Shown here: piece after piece, positions 40,299-50,489 of the stretch
Layout: every line of letters begins with the position of its first letter
Position numbering within the stretch: position 1 is the first letter of the stretch
NCBI GenBank assembly: GCA_965262115.1
Contig: OZ253496.1
Location: 2,464,001-2,528,000, forward strand
Length of the DNA stretch: 64,000 bases
Reading direction: 5' to 3'
Source: Nitrospinales bacterium
GTDB taxonomy: Bacteria; Nitrospinota; Nitrospinia; Nitrospinales; VA-1
The notes under the pieces: model-generated
Told to the model about the DNA's origin: nothing
Databases searched by the model: none
The model's input: only the letters and a program-made list of their open reading frames with translations
Program-made: the position numbers and the translations under genes

Positions 40299-42524
40299 AT
40301 GAAAGTTCAGGATCTTACAGATGCGCTATTGGAATACATGCCTGATGCCGATGTCGACATCATTCTGAACGCCTATATTTATTCCGCCAAGGCTCACCGG
40401 GGGCAGAGCCGAAGATCCGGAGAGGCCTATATTTCGCATCCCCTTGAAGTGGCCTATAACCTGGTGAAGCTAAAGTTGGATGCGACCACCGTAGCCGCCG
40501 GCCTGTTGCACGACACCATAGAGGACACCCTTTCCACCCCGGAAGAAATCCAGGAATTATTTGGTGAAGAAATTTTCCAGCTTGTCGATGGGGTGACAAA
40601 GATCAGCCAGATCCATTTTTCCAGTCATGAAGAAAGCCAGGCAGAAAACTACCGCAAGATGATCTTTGCCATGGCCCATGATATCCGGGTGGTTTTGATC
40701 AAGCTTGCTGACCGGGCCCATAACATGCAGACTCTGGATTCCCTTTCAGAAGAAAGACAAAGAAGGATTGCACGGGAGACCTTGGAAATATACGCTCCCA
40801 TTGCCAACCGTCTGGGTATCGGATGGTTAAAGACCGAGTTGGAGAATGGTTCGTTCCGTTATCTTTATCCAGAAGAGTTTCGCACGATTGAGGAAAAAGT
40901 GGCAAAGGGTAAGGACTATCGCGACAAATATGTAGAAAAAGTCACCTCCCGTTTGGTGAAGGAGTTGGAAGAGGCGGGAATCCCAGGAAAGGTTGCCGGA
41001 CGGCCCAAACAGTTTTTCAGTATCTATAAAAAGATGATGGACCAGAATATAAGTTTTGAAGATGTTTATGATCTGATTGGCGTACGGGTTTTGGTCGAAT
41101 CCTTGCGCGACTGTTATTCGGTTTTAGGGCTGGTGCATTCTCTCTGGAAACCCATACCGGGTAAATTCAAGGACTATATTGCCATGCCCAAGCCCAATAT
41201 GTATCAGTCTCTCCACACTACGGTGATTGGTCCGAGGGGGGAAAGGGTGGAGGTGCAGATTCGCTCTGAGGAAATGCATAAGGTTTGTCAGGGGGGCATC
41301 GCGTCCCACTGGCGCTATAAAGAAAAAACAGATGGTGATGAAAAGCCGATGAACCAACAGTTGTTATGGGTCCGGCACCTTCTTGAAAACCAGAAGGACT
41401 TGAAAAATCCGAAAGAATTTCTCAACGCCTTCAAGGTGAATTTGTTTCCGGATGAGGTTTATGTGTTTACCCCCGGAGGGGATGTGATTGCCCTACCGTA
41501 TAATGCTACTCCAGTTGACTTCGCGTTCCAGGTTCATACTGATGTAGGGTGCCATTGCCAGTCCGCGAAGGTGAATGGGAAAGTGGTGCCTCTGCGTTAT
41601 AAATTGCAAGATGGTGACCAAGTGGAAATCATTGCTTCCGAGGAGGCATCCCCAAACCGTGACTGGCTGGCCTTTGTTAAAACCTCTAAGGCGCGCAGTC
41701 GGATTTCAAACTTTATAAACAACGAAGAGCGCACAAGAAGTTTGAGCCTGGGAAAAGAACTTTTGCAAAAAGAATTACAGGAATATGATCTGGATCCGGC
41801 AGTAGAAATGGCTGGCGAGGCCTTTGAAGAAGCCGCCCAGGCCTGCGGTTTTAATTCCACCGACAGCCTGTTGACGGGAATTGGAATTGGAAAGCTGTCG
41901 ACCCATCATGTTATCGAAAAACTGATCCCGAGGGAAAAGCTGGAGGGCAAAGAGTTTCGTGAGAAGACATTAATCAAGCTAAAGGAAAGCAAGCCGCCGG
42001 AATCCTTGCGTAACGCCATCAAGGTCCAGTGTTTCAATGAAAATATTTTCATCCGTATTGGTAAATGTTGCCATCCTCTTCCCGGGGATCCGATCATCGG
42101 TTATATCACGAGAGGCAGAGGGGTCACGGTGCATCATATTGACTGTCCGAGTGTCGGGAATGTTATCAATGATCCGGAGAGGCTGGTGGGCGTTGAGTGG
42201 GACACGGGTATGAAAACCATTTATCAGGCTCATATCGCGATTGTTGCGGCTGACAAACCCGGAATTATGGCCACCATCAGTCAGGCTTTCGCGGAATGTG
42301 GAATCAATATTACCCGCGCCAATGTTCAACAGGGATCAAACAAAAGAGCTTACTTCGACTTGTCCATAGAGATTCAGGATGTGGAGCACCTGAATCAAAT
42401 TCTTGAAAAAATACGTCAGGTCGATGGTGTGATTTACCTGGAGCGGATCAAGGATTTTAACAAAAACGCGCCGATAAAAAGCAGGTTGGAGACCTTGGGT
42501 GAAAAACTGGGGGCACAGGGATAA
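40299..42524 (+). CDS. relA: Bifunctional (p)ppGpp synthetase/hydrolase (RelA/SpoT)
   Basis: HD motif LLHDTIED, KLADR, YQSLHT, EVQIR, TGS and ACT domains. Confidence 0.95.
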   Translation: MKVQDLTDALLEYMPDADVDIILNAYIYSAKAHRGQSRRSGEAYISHPLEVAYNLVKLKLDATTVAAGLLHDTIEDTLSTPEEIQELFGEEIFQLVDGVTKISQIHFSSHEESQAENYRKMIFAMAHDIRVVLIKLADRAHNMQTLDSLSEERQRRIARETLEIYAPIANRLGIGWLKTELENGSFRYLYPEEFRTIEEKVAKGKDYRDKYVEKVTSRLVKELEEAGIPGKVAGRPKQFFSIYKKMMDQNISFEDVYDLIGVRVLVESLRDCYSVLGLVHSLWKPIPGKFKDYIAMPKPNMYQSLHTTVIGPRGERVEVQIRSEEMHKVCQGGIASHWRYKEKTDGDEKPMNQQLLWVRHLLENQKDLKNPKEFLNAFKVNLFPDEVYVFTPGGDVIALPYNATPVDFAFQVHTDVGCHCQSAKVNGKVVPLRYKLQDGDQVEIIASEEASPNRDWLAFVKTSKARSRISNFINNEERTRSLSLGKELLQKELQEYDLDPAVEMAGEAFEEAAQACGFNSTDSLLTGIGIGKLSTHHVIEKLIPREKLEGKEFREKTLIKLKESKPPESLRNAIKVQCFNENIFIRIGKCCHPLPGDPIIGYITRGRGVTVHHIDCPSVGNVINDPERLVGVEWDTGMKTIYQAHIAIVAADKPGIMATISQAFAECGINITRANVQQGSNKRAYFDLSIEIQDVEHLNQILEKIRQVDGVIYLERIKDFNKNAPIKSRLETLGEKLGAQG

Positions 42525-42537
42525 CGGGAACTAAGCG

Positions 42538-42732
42538 CTACTTGATAGCCTTAGTTATTTTTCCTGACTTGATGCAACTGGTGCAGATTTTCATGGTCTT
42601 TATAGAACCCCTCATCACCACACGCAGCTTTTTTATATTTGGTTTCCATTGTCGGCGGGTTTTATTATTCGCATGGCTGACATTGTTGCCAAATTGGGGT
42701 TTTTTATCACAAATCTCACATTTTAGGGACAT
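42538..42732 (-). CDS. rpmB: 50S ribosomal protein L28
   Basis: [34 protein letters not shown]. Confidence 0.97.
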   Translation of the reverse strand: MSLKCEICDKKPQFGNNVSHANNKTRRQWKPNIKKLRVVMRGSIKTMKICTSCIKSGKITKAIK

Positions 42733-42814
42733 CAAATTCTCCGAAATAGATTGTCTTGAAATTGGTTAGATGCTAGCATAACCCTGTTAAAGGGGCAAGA
42801 GTGAATAATCCATT

Positions 42815-43045
42815 ATGATTGTCGATAAAAATACCACGATCAACGAGATTCTCCATGCCTACCCTGAGGCCATGAAGTTTTTTAATGAAAAACAAATGGC
42901 CTGTGGCGGTTGCTTTTCTGTAAAGTTTGATACCTTGGAAAACGGGGCCTTAATGCATGGCATGGAGGTCAGCGCCTTGATTAGCCAACTCGAACAATTT
43001 TTGCAAGCCCTTCCTATCCGTATCGCCTCCGCCCAGCACAAATAG
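42815..43045 (+). CDS. DUF1858-domain protein
   Basis: TTINEIL..YPE..CGGC..TLENGALMHG. Confidence 0.8.
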   Translation: MIVDKNTTINEILHAYPEAMKFFNEKQMACGGCFSVKFDTLENGALMHGMEVSALISQLEQFLQALPIRIASAQHK

Positions 43046-43161
43046 CTTGTTTCGCCTTAACTTCTTAATCTTTGTTTGGGCGTGGCTTTGGTGTCCAACT
43101 TAGGTTGGAATGAGTGGAAGAACTGTCTTTTCGCGGAAAGAATCAGGGTAGGGGTGAGAAA

Positions 43162-43380
43162 TTAGCCGAGAAACTCCGATTCCGTGATGATGTTTTCGAG
43201 AACTTTTTCAGCAAGTGCTTCAGCGGGAATGTGATAATTGCCATCCCTGATATCATTTTTAAGCTGCTCCAGCCTTTGGGTGTTTTCGGGGCGGATAGCC
43301 GGGGCCGCATTGGCCGTTTCTGTCGCTTTTTGAATATCTTTGGCCTTAGAAGAAATAGCAATTTGCTCGGTGCCACTAAA
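43162..43380 (-). pseudogene. flgM: Anti-sigma-28 factor FlgM remnant (no start codon; not in ORF track)
   Basis: EQIAISSKAKDIQ..RLEQLKNDIRDGNYHIPAEALAEKVL; two in-frame TAG codons directly upstream. Confidence 0.75.
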
Positions 43381-43487
43381 CTAAACGGTTTCCCGAACCT
43401 AATAATCCGAAATCCAAATATTGTTCTTTGGTCTAGCTGGCGTTTGGGCTCTGAGAAGCAGTTAAAACCTTGAGAATTTTTTCCCCT

Positions 43488-44420
43488 ATGGAACGGTTAA
43501 GACAGATTCGAAATTTTATGGCGGTTGGGAGCATGGTTTTTGTGCTTTTCTGGAGCTTGCCTGGTTTTGGCAATACTCTCGATTTTGAAAAATACTCCAG
43601 AGTCATCTGGAATTATCTAGAGACTCTCTGTGCTTTTGGCCCAAGAAATCCCGGCAGTGAAGGCTATCGCAAAACCCTGGATTTGATCCGAAAGGTGGGT
43701 GAAAAATATGCGGATCAGGTGGTGGAACATCCATTTTTGGTTCGCACCTCCATGTCGACCTCTGTGGACATGGTCAATTTGGAGCTCAGGTTTGAAGGAA
43801 CCCAGGGTGGTGCCCCGATTTTGATTGGGGCGCATTTCGATACCCGGCCTTTTGCCGATGAGGACCCGGATCCTGCAAATTGGTCAGAACCGATACTGGG
43901 CGCCAACGATGGTGGTTCGGGCACTGCGATTCTGCTTGGACTTGTCCAATATCTCAATCAGCATCCTGTGGCCCGACCTGTCCACCTAGTATTTTTTGAT
44001 GGAGAGGATTTTGGTGCCAAGGATTCCGGATTGAAGCTGTTGGGTTCGACCTATTATGCCGAGCAGTTGGTCAAGGAGGAAAGGGCCAAATGGCCTTACT
44101 GGGTGCTGGTCATCGATATGGTTGGTGATAAGGATTTAGAGATCTTTAAGGAATCTCATTCCATCAAGGGTAGTGCGAGTTTCCTGGACAGGATTTACCG
44201 TGTCGCCAAGGACCAGGGCATTCAGTCCTTGAACGAGAAAATGAAATATACGATTTATGATGACCATTATCCTTTCCACCGCATGGGTATTCCATCGACG
44301 GTGCTGATTGATTTCGATTATCCCTACTGGCACACACTTCAAGACACGCTGGACAAATGTTCCATTAAGAGCATGTTTTCTGTTTTCTCTGTTGTGGTGA
44401 AGACGATCGAGGATTTGTAG
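43488..44420 (+). CDS. M28 peptidase (glutaminyl-cyclase-like); start uncertain
   Basis: GAHFDTRP, GANDGGSG, FFDGED, DMVGD, DDHYPF, YWHT. Confidence 0.88.
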   Translation: MERLRQIRNFMAVGSMVFVLFWSLPGFGNTLDFEKYSRVIWNYLETLCAFGPRNPGSEGYRKTLDLIRKVGEKYADQVVEHPFLVRTSMSTSVDMVNLELRFEGTQGGAPILIGAHFDTRPFADEDPDPANWSEPILGANDGGSGTAILLGLVQYLNQHPVARPVHLVFFDGEDFGAKDSGLKLLGSTYYAEQLVKEERAKWPYWVLVIDMVGDKDLEIFKESHSIKGSASFLDRIYRVAKDQGIQSLNEKMKYTIYDDHYPFHRMGIPSTVLIDFDYPYWHTLQDTLDKCSIKSMFSVFSVVVKTIEDL

Positions 44421-44715
44421 CGTGAATGGGCCACACTGTACGAGGAGAATCGAAATAGACCGGCAAGCGCGGGAGTAGCAATACCGCACTTTAGTACCAG
44501 CTTGGGACTAATCCTTAATTTCCGGATAATGTGTTTAGTGATAGTAATTTCCTATCCCCCTTCTTTAATCCGAGATTTCCCATCTTTAAGAAACACTCTG
44601 AGCCTCACCCATTTTCTGTACCGGTGGTACTCAAGAAAAACCGGCTATTTGACCCTTTGCAAATTTCACCTAAAAAAGTGAAAAAATTGTGTTTTTTCTG
44701 CTTTGCCCTTGAGTC

Positions 44716-44737
44716 AAGATACTATATGTAGTATCTT
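44716..44737. promoter_or_regulatory. Palindromic operator upstream of hicAB
   Basis: AAGATACTA-TATG-TAGTATCTT, 6 nt before the ATG. Confidence 0.7.
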
Positions 44738-44743
44738 ATAAGC

Positions 44744-44974
44744 ATGGGCCGAAGGGACAAAACCATCGGGAAAATGAAGAACAACCCGAAGGGGTGGAGG
44801 ATTGATGACTGCAAGTCTCTGGCGGATCATTTTAATATCGCATGGGTGCATGACAGGTCGAGTCATTGCGTCTTTGATTTTGGAGAAGTGTCTTTAAGCA
44901 TCCCGGCGAAACGGCCCATCAAACCGTTTTACATCAAAAAGTTTATTGTTCTGATTGAGGAGGCGAAAACGTAA
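44744..44974 (+). CDS. hicA: HicA-family toxin
   Basis: NNPKGWR..SSHCVF..LSIPAKRPIKPFYIK. Confidence 0.75.
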   Translation: MGRRDKTIGKMKNNPKGWRIDDCKSLADHFNIAWVHDRSSHCVFDFGEVSLSIPAKRPIKPFYIKKFIVLIEEAKT

Positions 44975-44984
44975 GGAGCGAATT

Positions 44985-45392
44985 ATGGAGTATCCAGCAG
45001 AAATCAGAAAATTAAGCAAGGCAGACGGCGGCGGGTTTTTAATCACCTACCCCGACTTGCCGGGGTGTATGTCCGATGGCGACACCGTTGAGGAGGCTTT
45101 TAAGAATGGTGCCGACGCGGTGAAAGACTGGATCAAGGCGCGAAAAAAGCTTGGCAAGGCCATCCCTCCGCCATCACCCTCGCGCGACTTGGGTGGCTAC
45201 AGCGGCAAATATATCCAGCGCGTACCGAAAAGTGTTCACGCGGCACTGGCGAGACGCGCCGAGCAGGAAGGCGTCTCGATGAACCAACTGGGGCTGAGTT
45301 ATCTTGTCGATGGGTTGGGTCGCGGCGGTAAAGACCGGCAAAAGCCTGGTGGTGAATCACCCCAACCCTCTTTAAAAAAGAGGGGGCATTGA
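44985..45392 (+). CDS. hicB: HicB-family antitoxin
   Basis: YPDLPGCMSDGDTVEEA; YSGK..RVPKSVH..EGVSMNQ. Confidence 0.88.
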   Translation: MEYPAEIRKLSKADGGGFLITYPDLPGCMSDGDTVEEAFKNGADAVKDWIKARKKLGKAIPPPSPSRDLGGYSGKYIQRVPKSVHAALARRAEQEGVSMNQLGLSYLVDGLGRGGKDRQKPGGESPQPSLKKRGH

Positions 45393-45418
45393 ACCACCGG
45401 CCCCGCACTTGGCAGTTT

Positions 45419-46766
45419 TCACTCCCCCCGGAGGGGTCGCCGGAGTTCGGAAAGTCTTTTTTTCGCTTCTTCGTTGAAGGGATCGATTTCCAGAATGGTT
45501 TTCAATTCCTTTTCTGCGTCCTGGATTCTCTGGTCTTTTTTGTGGATTTCATAAAGCTTCCAATGCATGGAGAGAAAATCGATGCCCTGTTTTTGGGAAA
45601 GTTCAAACACGTCGCGGGCTTCATCCATTCGATTGAGCGCGAACAGGGAATTGCCCAGATTGAAATTTGCAATGGCAAATTCCGGGTCCAGGGCCAGAGC
45701 TTTTTTCAAAAGCCTAAGGGCTTCAGCGGCGTCCCTGCTTGTTCAGCGCTGCACCTAAATTGGAAAGTGCCTGGATGAAGTTCGGGTAAACCTGAACCGC
45801 TTTTTTAAACAGTTATACTGCTTTATTCAGTTTTCCCGAACGAAAATAATACCCCCCAAGATTCGATAAGGCTTCCGGAAAACCCGGATTCAATGCCAGG
45901 GTTTTTTCATATTGGCCGATGGCTTTTTCGATCATCCCCAGATCACGGTAGGCAACGGCCAGATCGTAATGGGCCAGAATAAAGTTCGGATCTTTTGCCA
46001 GTATTTTTTCAAACTCATAGAGCGCCTTATTGGGGTCTCCCAATCCATACAGAAAATAATTTCCCCGATAATACATGGCTTCCAGGGAAGTTCGGTCTTC
46101 ATCCAGAAGCTTTTGCAGTGAAAAAGTAGTTTTAGAATCCAAAAACTCCTTAACAGGGTTTATAGGAAGCGCAAGATTGATGGATCGCCCCTCTACCGTG
46201 GCTAATCCAACGACCTTGTTAGATTTGTTGACCACTGGTCCGCCGCTGAAACCCGGGCCGAATGCGGAGGTTGTATAAATAAAAGGTGTTTTGGGATCGG
46301 CTTGGGGATGAACCCCGAGAACAAATCCATAAGTTTGCACGATTTGGCCATTGTCCTCGGTTACCTGAGCGGAGAAATATCCCAAAGCACTGGTGTAGTC
46401 ATAAGGCTTCAGGGAGGAGGAGTCACCAATTTCCAGAGTGGAATAAAATCCTTCCTTTAGTTTTATAATTGCAAAATCTCTGGCCCGGTCAACCTTGAAT
46501 ACTCCTGTCACTTCGGAACGTGAACCATCGGGAAAACGTACGTCAATACTATGGGCATCGACCAGAACGTGGTAATTGGTGACCAGGGTTCCTTCGGGGC
46601 GAGCCACAAAACCCGATCCGGTTCCAACAGTTTTCCCGGCTTTGTCTTTTGCGATGAGCAAGGCCACTGCATTTTTATTGACTTCATAAGCGCTTACGGG
46701 TCCCGAAAGGAACATCAAGCCGATGATGAAGCAATATATAAAGGATAGGAATAAACGGCTTCGCAT
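45419..46766 (-). pseudogene. Trypsin-like serine protease + TPR protein; nonsense codon plus frameshift
   Basis: GSGF, TNYHV, GFSGGP; TAA at 45813 inside a TPR; frameshift near 45730; TPRs continue to 45419. Confidence 0.8.
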
Positions 46767-46989
46767 ATCTTATAGCTTACGCCTTTTTAAAAGGCCGTGC
46801 TTGATTGAGAAAAAACATTATATTGGTGATGAATCAATTCTATAAACTGACTGCAGCGATTACAACTGAATTCAAAGGAAATTAAGAGGGAGGGTTATCA
46901 AGGAAAAACCGGGTTGATGGCATGCGGATTGGGTGGAAATAAAAATCCGGGCCGACTTTGGAGCCGACCCGGACTATTTAAGAGTCTTT

Positions 46990-47403
46990 TTACTTAACGT
47001 TAATCGTCACCGTTGCGGTCAAAGCCGGATCGTAGGGGACGTGATTGCCTTTGGCAAACAGGGTGCGGATGATGTGTTTGCCTGCAGAAAGTTTAATTTC
47101 CTTACAGGTGGAACCATCTCCCATATGGATGTGATTCGCGTCTTTTCCAATCGGCTTGCTCAAGTCTTTTGGCAGGTTCACATCGACAATAATGTGATGA
47201 TGGCCTTTTCCTTCATTAACCCCTTTTTTAGCCGGTTGCACTTCAACCCCTTCTGTGTCCATGCAAACTTTAACCGGGCTTGAGACCATAGCACCGTTAG
47301 GAGGATCGGTGATCGTTACGGCGTTACCTGCGAAAGCACTGCTTGCCCCGGTGATGAAAAGGAAGGCAAACAGCATAGTCAGTTTTGAGTAAATGGTATT
47401 CAT
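46990..47403 (-). CDS. Secreted DUF4399-domain protein
   Basis: Signal peptide; GHHHIIVD, HIHMGDG, GKH. Confidence 0.8.
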   Translation of the reverse strand: MNTIYSKLTMLFAFLFITGASSAFAGNAVTITDPPNGAMVSSPVKVCMDTEGVEVQPAKKGVNEGKGHHHIIVDVNLPKDLSKPIGKDANHIHMGDGSTCKEIKLSAGKHIIRTLFAKGNHVPYDPALTATVTINVK

Positions 47404-47547
47404 TTTTCTGTGTTCCTTATAAAATTGTTGATTTTTTTACTGCTTTGATGAATTCAGAGGGTACTTCTGAGTTAGATTTGAAAAACGCGAAAAAGTTTCG
47501 GAAAAAACAAAAATCTCTGGCAGGTATTAGTATTTTTTCTATTTCCC

Positions 47548-47576
47548 TTGACATCGTAATCCGAGTTCCATAACCT
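47548..47576 (+). promoter_or_regulatory. Sigma70-type promoter of mrp
   Basis: TTGACA-17-TAACCT. Confidence 0.55.
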
Positions 47577-47658
47577 TTAGTATCCAGTTTCATAATCCCC
47601 AGGGAGCTCGTTGGAAGAAAAACTCGTGCGTCCCAATATGTTTTTTTAGGAGGTTTAG

Positions 47659-48546
47659 ATGGTAGTTACAGGAGAATGTCGACTCCTTCACACTTGTGAA
47701 ATGTGTGAGTTTAATAATGAGACCGACTGCAAAGCCGATAAAAATGAGCACAACCGCTGGCTTGTCAACCATCGGATGAATGATATCAAGCACAAGCTTA
47801 TCATAGGCAGCAACAAAGGTGGGGTCGGCAAAAGTACTGTAACCACCAATCTTGCTATTGCCCTGGTGGAAAAAGGCTTTGCTGTAGGACTGGCAGATGC
47901 TGACCTTCACGGTCCCAACATTCCTAAATTATTGCAGGCTGAGGATGTCCGGCTGAAAACCACGGATACAGGGATTGATCCTTATGAAACTAAGAATGGT
48001 CTGAAGGTGGCTTCATTAGGATTTCTCATTGAAGACCCAAATATGCATATTGCCTGGAGGGATGCCGTTAAGTATGACTTCATTATTGAGTTGCTGGGAA
48101 ATATAAACTGGGGCCCGTTGGATTATCTCCTATTCGATCTTCCCCCCGGTACCGGAAATGAGCAAATTACCATCATAGACTTTATCGGTGAGGTCGATGG
48201 CGCTGTGGTAGTCACAACCCCTCAGGATCTGGCGATTCTGGATGCCCGGAAAATGATCTCTTTCGCCCGCGACAGTAATGTCCCCATAGTGGGGGTGATT
48301 GAAAATATGAGCACGATGTCCTGCCCGCATTGTAATGAGAAAATCGATGTGTTCAAAAAAGGCGGAGGGAAAAAATTAGCCGAAGAACTGGTATTGCCCT
48401 ATCTGGGCAGTATTCCCTTTGATGGGGAAATTGTCGCCAATTCCGATAGCGGACAGCCTGTTGTTTTGTCTCGTCCGGATTCCGTAGCCGCTAAAGCCTT
48501 CATGCAATTGGCTGAGAACTGCCATAAGTTCCTCAATCCTGAATAG
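47659..48546 (+). CDS. mrp: Mrp/ApbC/NBP35 Fe-S carrier ATPase
   Basis: KGGVGKST, DADLHGP, DLPPGTG, ENMS..CPHC. Confidence 0.92.
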   Translation: MVVTGECRLLHTCEMCEFNNETDCKADKNEHNRWLVNHRMNDIKHKLIIGSNKGGVGKSTVTTNLAIALVEKGFAVGLADADLHGPNIPKLLQAEDVRLKTTDTGIDPYETKNGLKVASLGFLIEDPNMHIAWRDAVKYDFIIELLGNINWGPLDYLLFDLPPGTGNEQITIIDFIGEVDGAVVVTTPQDLAILDARKMISFARDSNVPIVGVIENMSTMSCPHCNEKIDVFKKGGGKKLAEELVLPYLGSIPFDGEIVANSDSGQPVVLSRPDSVAAKAFMQLAENCHKFLNPE

Positions 48547-48802
48547 TCCGGCAAAAATTAAAGAACCGAACTTCGCCAGTGGGGAGACTCCCCCGAAATA
48601 ACCCTTTGTGATTTTTCACCCCGCCTTGGCGAGGGTTGAGTCAGGCGGAAAAGCGTTTTTTTGAGGCAAACTTGAATGCAAACAATGGATTGCGTTTTCA
48701 GGAAGGATTGAGGGATAATAATACGATACGGTTAGTTTCTGGATTATAAAAATTGTCCATGACTCTTCGATAAGAGCTTTTCCTTTCTTTTATAAAATAC
48801 AT

Positions 48803-49888
48803 ATGTGTGTTCGCTTTTCTGGTAAATTAATAGTTAAGAAAATACTGGCAGTTTCCTTTTTGCTTTGTGTTGTTGGAGCTGCTGAAGTGTTCGCAGACAC
48901 AATCCAAAACCCTATTTACTCGAATAACCCGATAGCCGCGGAAGTGGATGGGAAACCTATTTACCTGGACGACCTCAAGCATATTCGTATCCAGGAAGCT
49001 CTCAAGCAACTGCATGAAATGCAGACCCGCGCCTTGAAAGAAAAAATTCTCGATAAGCTTGCAAAAAAGCATCCTGACCTTGCTGCGGAAAAGCCTCCCA
49101 AGGTGACGGAAGTGGAAATTAAACAGTTTTATGAAAGCAATCCGGGCATCAAAGAGATAGGAAACCTTTCTCAGGTCAGTGCTGAAATTCGCGATTACCT
49201 GGAAAAAAGTTTCCGGCAGGTTCATGTCGAACAGCAATATCAGCATGCGGTGCGGCAGGGTTGGGTCAAGGTTTATTTGACGCCTCCCAATGATTTTCAT
49301 TTGGTTGCAGGGCTCGGTACAGCCATGGTGTGGACGGAGGAAAAAAATCCTTCAACCCGGCGGGTTTTTGTATTGGAATATTCTGATTTCCAATGTCCGT
49401 TCTGTAAGCGGGTACAAGACACTTTGCAAAAGCTTAGAAAACGCTATTCTAATGAGGTTCAGTTTGGCTACCGCCATTTTCCGCTGCCTTTTCACAAAGA
49501 AGCCCAAGGGATGGCCCAGGCTGTTGAATGCGCCAGGGATCAAAATAAATTCTGGGAACTCCAGGATCTTTTATATAAAAATACTTCCAACGCCGCGAAT
49601 GATAAGGAAGTTATGGGACTGGCCAGGCTCTCGGGAATCGAAGATATGCGGGCTTTTGAGTTTTGCTGGCGAAACGGGAAATATGCAGAGCGAGTGCAAA
49701 ATGATATCCGTGAAGGAGTCGAGTTGGGAATTCAGGGAACTCCGACTTTTATTTTGGGGGCCTATGATCCGGAAACCAGAACCGTTTCCGGCGAAATGTT
49801 TTCCGGCGCGGTGTCAGAAGAAAAGTTTGTCCATGTTATAGAAAAATATCTCTCCTCTACCCGAACCGAAGCTAAGTTGAGCCGATAG
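48803..49888 (+). CDS. DsbA/thioredoxin-fold protein with SurA-like N-terminus
   Basis: EYSDFQCPFC, RHFPL, GTPTF. Confidence 0.85.
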   Translation: MCVRFSGKLIVKKILAVSFLLCVVGAAEVFADTIQNPIYSNNPIAAEVDGKPIYLDDLKHIRIQEALKQLHEMQTRALKEKILDKLAKKHPDLAAEKPPKVTEVEIKQFYESNPGIKEIGNLSQVSAEIRDYLEKSFRQVHVEQQYQHAVRQGWVKVYLTPPNDFHLVAGLGTAMVWTEEKNPSTRRVFVLEYSDFQCPFCKRVQDTLQKLRKRYSNEVQFGYRHFPLPFHKEAQGMAQAVECARDQNKFWELQDLLYKNTSNAANDKEVMGLARLSGIEDMRAFEFCWRNGKYAERVQNDIREGVELGIQGTPTFILGAYDPETRTVSGEMFSGAVSEEKFVHVIEKYLSSTRTEAKLSR

Positions 49889-49904
49889 CTTTTTCCCTCT
49901 TGCC

Positions 49905-50420
49905 ATGATCAGGATACTGATTTTTATTCTGGCTGGAATGATTGTTCCGGTTTCTATATTCGCGGAATCCATTCCGTTTTCAGCCTCAAGTGCCCCATCC
50001 GGCCCCAGGATAAAATTAAGCACCGTGACCGACAGAGGCACTGTCTATTCAGGTGACCGCTTCAAGCTATACCTATCTGCCCAGATTGAGGAGGGCTGGC
50101 ATATTTATTCCCTGAAACCTATGGATGGCAATGAACTGCTGGCAACTCAAATTACTCTCGATGATAATATTTTCGAAAACCAAGAGCGCTGGCAGGAATC
50201 TCCAACTCGTCTGATTCAGGATGAGGCACAGGAAAAACTGGTCAAAGGTCATGTCAGCACTGCGGAGTTTCATAACAGTTTTCGCGTGCCCAAAAATGCC
50301 AAACCGGGAAACCACTCCATAAACGGGGAACTATTTTACCGGGCCTGCGACAACAATATTTGCACCCTTCCAAAAAGCCTTCCTTTTGCCAGCCAGATTC
50401 ATGTGGGCGGCATCAAATAG
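49905..50420 (+). CDS. DsbD N-terminal-domain-like protein
   Basis: IEEGWHIYS, YRACDNNICTLP. Confidence 0.75.
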   Translation: MIRILIFILAGMIVPVSIFAESIPFSASSAPSGPRIKLSTVTDRGTVYSGDRFKLYLSAQIEEGWHIYSLKPMDGNELLATQITLDDNIFENQERWQESPTRLIQDEAQEKLVKGHVSTAEFHNSFRVPKNAKPGNHSINGELFYRACDNNICTLPKSLPFASQIHVGGIK

Positions 50421-50489
50421 CAGGACCAAATTTAGCCAGTAGAATCGTCTTTCCTTATTCAGATACAATAGGATAAACTCGTATTACAC

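Noticed and set aside
43114..43473. 119-aa (+) and 77-aa (-) ORFs from the track
   Set aside because: A third frame carries the FlgM-like sequence; these ORFs are shadows of it.
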